A DNA stretch of 64,000 nucleotides, taken from Octopus vulgaris (taxonomy: Eukaryota). A model generated the notes under the pieces. That model was not told the origin of the DNA and did no database searches. It was given only the letters and a program-made list of their open reading frames with translations. The translations under genes and the position numbers were made by a program. Shown here in pieces: positions 57,098 through 64,000 of the stretch (its first letter is position 1; each line of letters starts with the position of its first letter). The DNA lies in contig OX597838.1 of the NCBI GenBank assembly GCA_951406725.2, forward strand, positions 5,208,001 to 5,272,000, given 5' to 3'.

Positions 57098-57221
57098 TTA
57101 TTCAGTTTATTTTTCAAGATTTCTTGCCAATAGCGAAGGAACCGGTTTCTAACATAGAGCCAAGGATACTTCATTGGAATTTCAACAACAACCAGGTACT
57201 TTTGTTTGGATGTATGTAGAT

Positions 57222-57711
57222 AGGCGCAGGTGGCTGTGTGGTAAGTAGCTTGCTAACCAACCACATGGTTCCGGTTCAGTTGCGTGGCATCTTGGGCAAG
57301 TGTCTTCTAACCCCGGGCGACCAATGCCTTGTGAGTGGATTTGGTAGACGAAAACTGAAAAAGCTTGTCGTATATATGATATTGGATGTATGTAGATAGG
57401 CGCAGGAGTGGCTGTGTTGTCAGTAGCTTGCTAACCAACCACATGGTTCCGGTGTTCAGTCCCACATGCGTGGCATCATGGCAGCAATTGTCTTCTGCAA
57501 TAGCCCCGGGCCGACCAATGCCTTGTGAGTGGATTTGGTAGACGGAAACTGAAAGAAGCCTGTCGTATATATGTATATATATATGTATGTGTGTCTGTGT
57601 TTGTCCCCATACCATTGCTTGACAACCGATGCTGGTGTGTTTACGTCCCCAGTTACTTAGCGGTTCGGAAAAAGAGACCGATAGAATAAGTACTGGGCTT
57701 ACAAAGAATAA
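57222..57711 (+). mobile_element. CORE-like SINE with tandemly duplicated 5' half
   Basis: 57206-57381 repeated from 57382, including the flank ttggatgtatgtagat. Confidence 0.85.
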
Positions 57712-57823
57712 TGCATTACAAAAATATGCATTTCCGAACGTAATATATTACTATATCAGTTTATTTTAATACATCTCAACGCTGCTAAAAAGTAAAGCAA
57801 ATTTTGTTTGTTTACCTACACCG

Positions 57824-57864
<41 letters not shown>

Positions 57865-57880
57865 CATATAAATCCCAAGA

Positions 57881-57932
57881 AAGTAACTGGAAGTGACAGA
57901 AGCCCGTCGTATGTATTAATGTATACGTACAT

Positions 57933-58004
<72 letters not shown>

Positions 58005-58245
58005 ATATATATATATACATATATATATACATATACATATGTGTGTGTGTGTATTTTTGTCTGTGTTTGGCCCCCACCATCACTTAACAACCGATATTGG
58101 TATGTTTGCGTCCCCGTAATCAAGCAGTTCGACATAAGAGACCGATATAATAAGTACTTGGCTCACTTTGTTCCACTAAAGGCGTTGCCCCAGCATGGCC
58201 GCAGTCAGATGACTGAAACAAGTAACATAATAAAAGAATAAAAGA
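57881..58245 (+). mobile_element. Older 5'-truncated CORE-like SINE
   Basis: agaagcccgtcgtat..(TA)n..cagcatggccgcagtc..gactgaaacaagtaa. Confidence 0.8.
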
Positions 58246-58308
58246 AAAAAATCCGGTCTCAACCACCGCTTTCACATCCATGGTGAACACTACGAAGCAT
58301 TATCCACC

Positions 58309-58539
58309 TTACTCTTTACCCTTTACTCTTTTACTTGTTTCAGTCATTTGACTGCGGCCATGCTGGAGCACCGCCTTTAGTCGAGCAAATCGACCCCGGG
58401 ACTTATTCTTTGTAAGCCCAGTACTTATTCTATCGGTCTCTTTTTGCCGAACCGCTAAGTTACGGGGACGTAAACACACCAGCATCGGTTGTCAAGCAAT
58501 GCTAGGGGGACAAACACAGACACAGAAACAGAAACACAA

Positions 58540-58580
<41 letters not shown>

Positions 58581-58746
58581 TACGAAAGGCTTCTTTCAGT
58601 TTCCGTCTACCAAATCCACTCACAAGGCATTGGTCGGCCCGGGGCTATAGCAGAAGACACTTGCCCAAGATGCCACGCAGTAGGACTGAACCCGGAATCA
58701 TGTGGTTGGTTAGCAAGCTACTTACCACACAGCCACTCCTGCGCCT
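58309..58746 (-). mobile_element. Full-length young CORE-like SINE
   Basis: Near-identical reverse complement of 34768-35216. Confidence 0.93.
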
Positions 58747-59190
58747 ATGTTGGAATTTTTTAAAATACGAACATGAAGAGGTTTGTTGAAGCATAAGATT
58801 ACATAGGTAAATTTGATGCACGTGACTTAGTAGTATTTGTGGCAGTGAAGAGTTACTTGAGAAAATCAGTTGAAATCTACTGGAGGCAATTTCGCTCACA
58901 TATTTTCTATACTTTAATTACGTGGCCCTGTTTCTGATAGCGATCAAATGCCAAAAGTGTAATGTAGAATTTTAACGTCCCAATAAGAATATTATTTAGA
59001 TAATTGCAGTAATGAAGATAAGTAGAATAACAGACGCCATTTCACACTCCACACTTATATACATGTATATAAACATATATCAATATACACACATATACAC
59101 ATATTAATACATATAAACGTAAACACATATATGCTTATATATTCGTGTGTGAGTATGTTGGTTGATGCTCTACGTGTATGCGAACATATG

Positions 59191-59221
<31 letters not shown>

Positions 59222-59412
59222 ATATATATATATATATATATATAAATGTGTGTATGTGTTTAAAAATATATACGTACATATATACACATATATATGTACA
59301 TATGTATACATATATGTTTATATATATATATATATGTATGTATATAATTATATATATATATATATGAGTGTCTATCTATATATCTATATCTCTCTACCTA
59401 TCTCTCTATTTC

Positions 59413-59475
<63 letters not shown>

Positions 59476-59508
59476 GTCTATATATATATATATCTCGGTC
59501 TCTCCTCA

Positions 59509-59598
<90 letters not shown>

Positions 59599-60220
59599 GA
59601 AAAAGAGGGAGAGAGTGAGATAGTGCGGGTGTGAGTAGATTTAAACATCGATTGTAGAGTGTACATTAATTATTGATACACTGTGGTTTATTATAGATGG
59701 TTACAACTGAATTAGCATACAATATAATAACAGATTCCTCTTATTGCGTATGTGCTTTATGCACTTGCTTAATTTAATATTTTCAGTGAAGCAGCACCTA
59801 TGCCCTGACCCTTTTTCCTAGCCATCAGCAAAAATTCAATTAAAGGAAATCTCCATTGCATTGCCATGAACTTATGTAACGATGAGCCACGCTTCGCCAT
59901 ACTCTCAAATTTAGAACTTTCAGTAAACATTGCATTTTATCAACAAGTAATGAATCTAGTGCGATGATATAGATAGAGCATTTCTTAATGTGACTCTATT
60001 TTATCGTATAATCATATGCATACACACGAACACATACACACACACACATATGCATACACATATGCATGCTTATTGCTATATATATATCTGTGTGTGTGTG
60101 TGTGCATGCGTACATACAGGAGCATGTGCAAGTATGTATACAAGTGTATATGCATATTTTATACGTGATATATATGTATATATGTATACGTATGTATATA
60201 TATATTTATATACATATATT

Positions 60221-60262
<42 letters not shown>

Positions 60263-60711
60263 TATACATATATATACACACATATATATACATATATATA
60301 TACGTGTGTGTGTGTGTGTGTGTGTGTGTCTGTGTATGTATATATATGTATATATATATATATACATATATATGCATATATATATATATATGTGTGTGTC
60401 TGTGCATATATGTAAATATGTATATGTATATATTCATATGTATATATATGTATATATATATATATGTGAGTATGTGTGTGTGTGAGAATATATATAGGCT
60501 ATGGAAGTTATTAGTTTCAGGAAGACCCATATGGTATCGGGTAAACGTTAAGTATGTGCTATGGATAAACCATGGTTACGCTCCAGGCTCGATAATGATA
60601 CGAGTAAGGAGTCCAACGTGGGTCAAGTATTAGTATTCATATATAATTGGACAGAATAAGATAATAAAAATCCAAGGCAGTAAATAGATTTCATAACATT
60701 TATCAAGAAAA

Positions 60712-60759
60712 CGTTTTACAGCTGTTTCTGGGATATTCTATATATCTTTTCATCAGACG
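60712..60759 (-). ncRNA. Hammerhead-like motif, intact core boxes with eroded stems
   Basis: CGU CUGAUGA AAAGAUAU AUAGA AUAUCCCA GAAA CAGCUG UA AAACG. Confidence 0.55.
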
Positions 60760-61145
60760 GCGCGTGAAAATGTTTGAGTATTTTTATTGTAGAGAAGATA
60801 TGAAATAGAAAGGGAAGCAAAAGAATGAATACAGAAGTGAAATACAGAAGGATATTGTATTTGCAGCTCCATGATTCAAGTAAAATGGTGCTCATAAGCG
60901 GTGAAAAAGTTTTTTTGGTGAAGACATTTTCTTGTACGTGGTGTGTGTCTGTCCCAATGGTGGTTATATTTGGTTATTCCAAGCTTAGAGGCTTGTAAAC
61001 AGGTGTTGTTTGATCGAACTCCTCGATCAACCGACACCGTGTACCGACTTTCACATCCGCCACTGACGATTAGTACTCCGTGTTTAAGTTGTACTCTTCC
61101 ATTAAATCTTTCCAATGTTTACGTTTACTTCCCTTATTTACGTAC

Positions 61146-61180
<35 letters not shown>

Positions 61181-62313
61181 CAAAATTTAGATTCAGATGA
61201 ATAAGTATAATAATGTACATTGTCTATTTAATTAAAACATTCTATATGCGGCTGGAGATTGCTCTACATTTTAAAACTGATGTAATACTTGCATTGTTTA
61301 ACAAAATGAGGTAGCATGAAACGATCGTACTACACTACCTTCTATATCCTTGTTGCTTATTTTGATAATAATATATATACATATACATAGGCACATGTGT
61401 GTATGCGTGGGCGATTGTCACAGTGTATACATGTATATACACATGTATTTTTGTGTATTATTATTTGATAATAAATAAACGTGGGCCAGCGTAGATATTA
61501 AGATGTATATGCATATGTCTGTTTTTTTTTCACCACAATCTCGAGTATTCCGGTACGGTAAATTATTCTCTATAATTTTGATATCATTTTTTTTTTATGA
61601 GGCAATTTGTCTCGCTAACCTTTAACTAACGTCCATGTTATCTTCTGGACAATATTGTTATAAGTACATATTAATGTATCAAGTTGTTTACGCTTATGGA
61701 AAAAAGAAAATAATAAAAGCGCTGATAAAGTTACAAGCCGTTATTCCACTTTAGATGTCTGATTTGATCTGTATGAGTGAATGTATTTTTTTTCGTTCTA
61801 CTTTTACCATCGTTGTGCGATGGCTGATGATCTTCCAATATGTGTCTAATATATGGCTCATATATCTCTATTGATATTGTGATTGTTCATTATTCTATAA
61901 CAGAAAAGTAGCGAGAGGGTTAGAGTGACAAATCACCTCTATTCTTTTCCGTGATTTTTTGTTTCTCTCTAACGACACATGCTCCGATTCCCACTCACAA
62001 ACATAGACTCTGCCGTACGCGGACGCACACAAACACTTTCTCATACAGATGCATGAAAGTACGCTGTTTACCTCTCCTTCTCACAGCCTCACATCGTTGT
62101 TTGATTGTTGGTGTATATTAACGAGATAGCATTCGCACATATATCAAAACGCTCACGGAAAAACACTCACGCATACAAATATGAGCATAATTTGTTAAAT
62201 TTCTGTGAAATATAGGAATTATTATAAGCTTGTATTGCTTCTCGTCTGTCATGCAACCGCAGGGGGAAAACGGTGTTTATATGACTGAATATATATATAT
62301 ATATATATATATA

Positions 62314-62642
62314 TTGGGTTGTCCGGAAAGTTCGTGATGTTTATAGAAGCTTACCTTTCGATTTATTTTAGAACATGGTTGAGTCCATTAAATAGGATTT
62401 AGTGCACAATCCATTTAGTGCACAATTTAAGCTATCTTTACGTGGAAGAAAGTTTATGTTCCTATAACCTGTGTTAATTCTGTAAATCTTTAAAATGGAA
62501 GATAAGAAAGTTCATTTTCGGCACTTGATGCTTTTCTTTTTCCGTAAAGGGAAAAATGCCTCCCAAGTAACGAAAGAAATATGCGTAGTTTACGGTGATG
62601 TCTCTTTATCCGAAAGAACTGTACGGAAGTGATTCGTAAGGT
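62314..62642 (+). mobile_element. Mariner 5' end: TIR and transposase N-terminus (ATG at 62495, premature TGA at 62630)
   Basis: TA|TTGGGTTGTCCGGAAAG; MEDKKVHFRHLMLFFFRKGKNASQVTKEICVVYGDVSLSERTVRK*F. Confidence 0.9.
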
Positions 62643-63719
62643 CTTCTAACAAATGCGAAGCTTTACACAACAACCACGAAACACACGGTTTAAAAATGTG
62701 GAAGGCTCGGAATTCCTATTAAAACATGTTTTAGATGACGGAGATTCCGAATATTCAAGAAATCACCTTTTCAAAATTTTAAATTCAATAGAGATATAGA
62801 TATCTATATAAAGAAATAGATATGAATGACTTCCTGGGGCTAAAAACAACAGAAACAACGTCTTCTATAGGATCGCCACATTTAGTTGACATATATTTTA
62901 TGAATAAACGGACATGGATAAATAAATAGACAGAAAAATAAATAAATGAATGAAAAAGTTCAAAATTTAAAATTGGAGTTGGGGTGCAATTTGAGCCCTT
63001 ATTAAACTGTATAGCTCTAATTATTAAACATGTTTGTTTCTCGTAAAATGCAGCATATTTAATTCACATTCAATTATTATTTAAAATTATATAAGGCAAA
63101 CAAAAGTAAAACGCAAATTCTTTTCACTTTAATGTTTTTGTCTGTATTTAATTTCGGTTTGCATATGTTCGTCAGTTCGCTACGATTTCTTTAAAGTAAG
63201 CAAAATCAAAAAAGTAAGTGGGGGAATGTCGGGTGAAATTAAAAAAAAATACTTTTGCATATTCGTAATCTCCGATATTTAAAATGTAGGAACCCCAACA
63301 TTTATTCTTAAAAAATGCACTTTTCAAGGAGAGGTGCAAAACTGAATTAGCTCCGGAATTTCCTATTAAGAATATTTGAGTCGTGAAATAAGCTTAATTA
63401 TTTAATTATTTAATTCACTGTCACAACTTTATTATACAACTATTTAGTTCGCTGTTTATTATTTAATTATGTTATATTGTATATCGCGACTTGCTAATAA
63501 AAAATTCCTTACATATCTAGCTAAGACGTAAAATCTGTAATTCCTATCAGTATATGAAACAATCGTAATGGGGAATAAATAATACCAATAAATTGTCCAA
63601 ATTCCTGTTTGATATACTTTGACTGCGAAAAATATTTCCAGAAATTTCAATTCTAATCGGTCCTTTGAAATTACACGACAACAGGAACGAGATACTGGAT
63701 TGAAACAATAGAATATGCA

Positions 63720-64000
63720 GACCTATCTACCTACTTATCTACCTACCTACCTACCTACCTACTTACCTACCATCCTACCTTTCTACCTACCTACCTACCT
63801 ACCTACCTACATACCTACCTACCTACCTACTTACCTACCATCCTACCTACCTACATACCTACATACCTATCTACCTACCTACTTACCTATCATCCTACAT
63901 ACCTACCTACATACATGCATACATGCATACATAACTGCCCACCTACGTATCTACATACCTTCCTACATGTCTACCTTCCTACATGTCTACCCACCTACAT
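63720..64000. repeat. Degenerate (CCTA)n array
   Basis: Direct reading. Confidence 0.93.

Overview
AT-rich animal genomic DNA, extremely dense in microsatellites. The SINE families and repeat landscape match those I recognise from Octopus (recalled, not searched). Nearly all listed ORFs are artefacts of (TA)n, (AAT)n, (GATA)n, (CA)n and (CTA)n tracts or of SINE copies. Supported content: about 25 tRNA-derived SINE copies built from interchangeable heads and tails; decayed R4/Dong-like, CR1-like and RTE LINE pieces; mariner, Tc1 and maT/DD37D-like remnants; and one complete non-autonomous Helitron. One probable host coding exon lies at 31577-32116 (-), and weaker exon candidates lie at about 15.1 kb and 27.7 kb. 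Most notable: (1) an orphan 179-aa ORF combining a Cys-cluster membrane anchor, a phospho-FFAT-like motif and a DSGxxT/S degron, with a conservatively diverged paralog fragment lying next to a hammerhead-like motif; (2) eight minimal type I hammerhead-like motifs in Penelope-like repeats, some with recurrent non-canonical cores; (3) a decayed HDV-like ribozyme fold in an RTE 5' UTR; (4) a (TA)n-targeting palindromic element family; (5) a self-inserting tandem SINE. No CRISPR array, rRNA gene or true tRNA gene was found.
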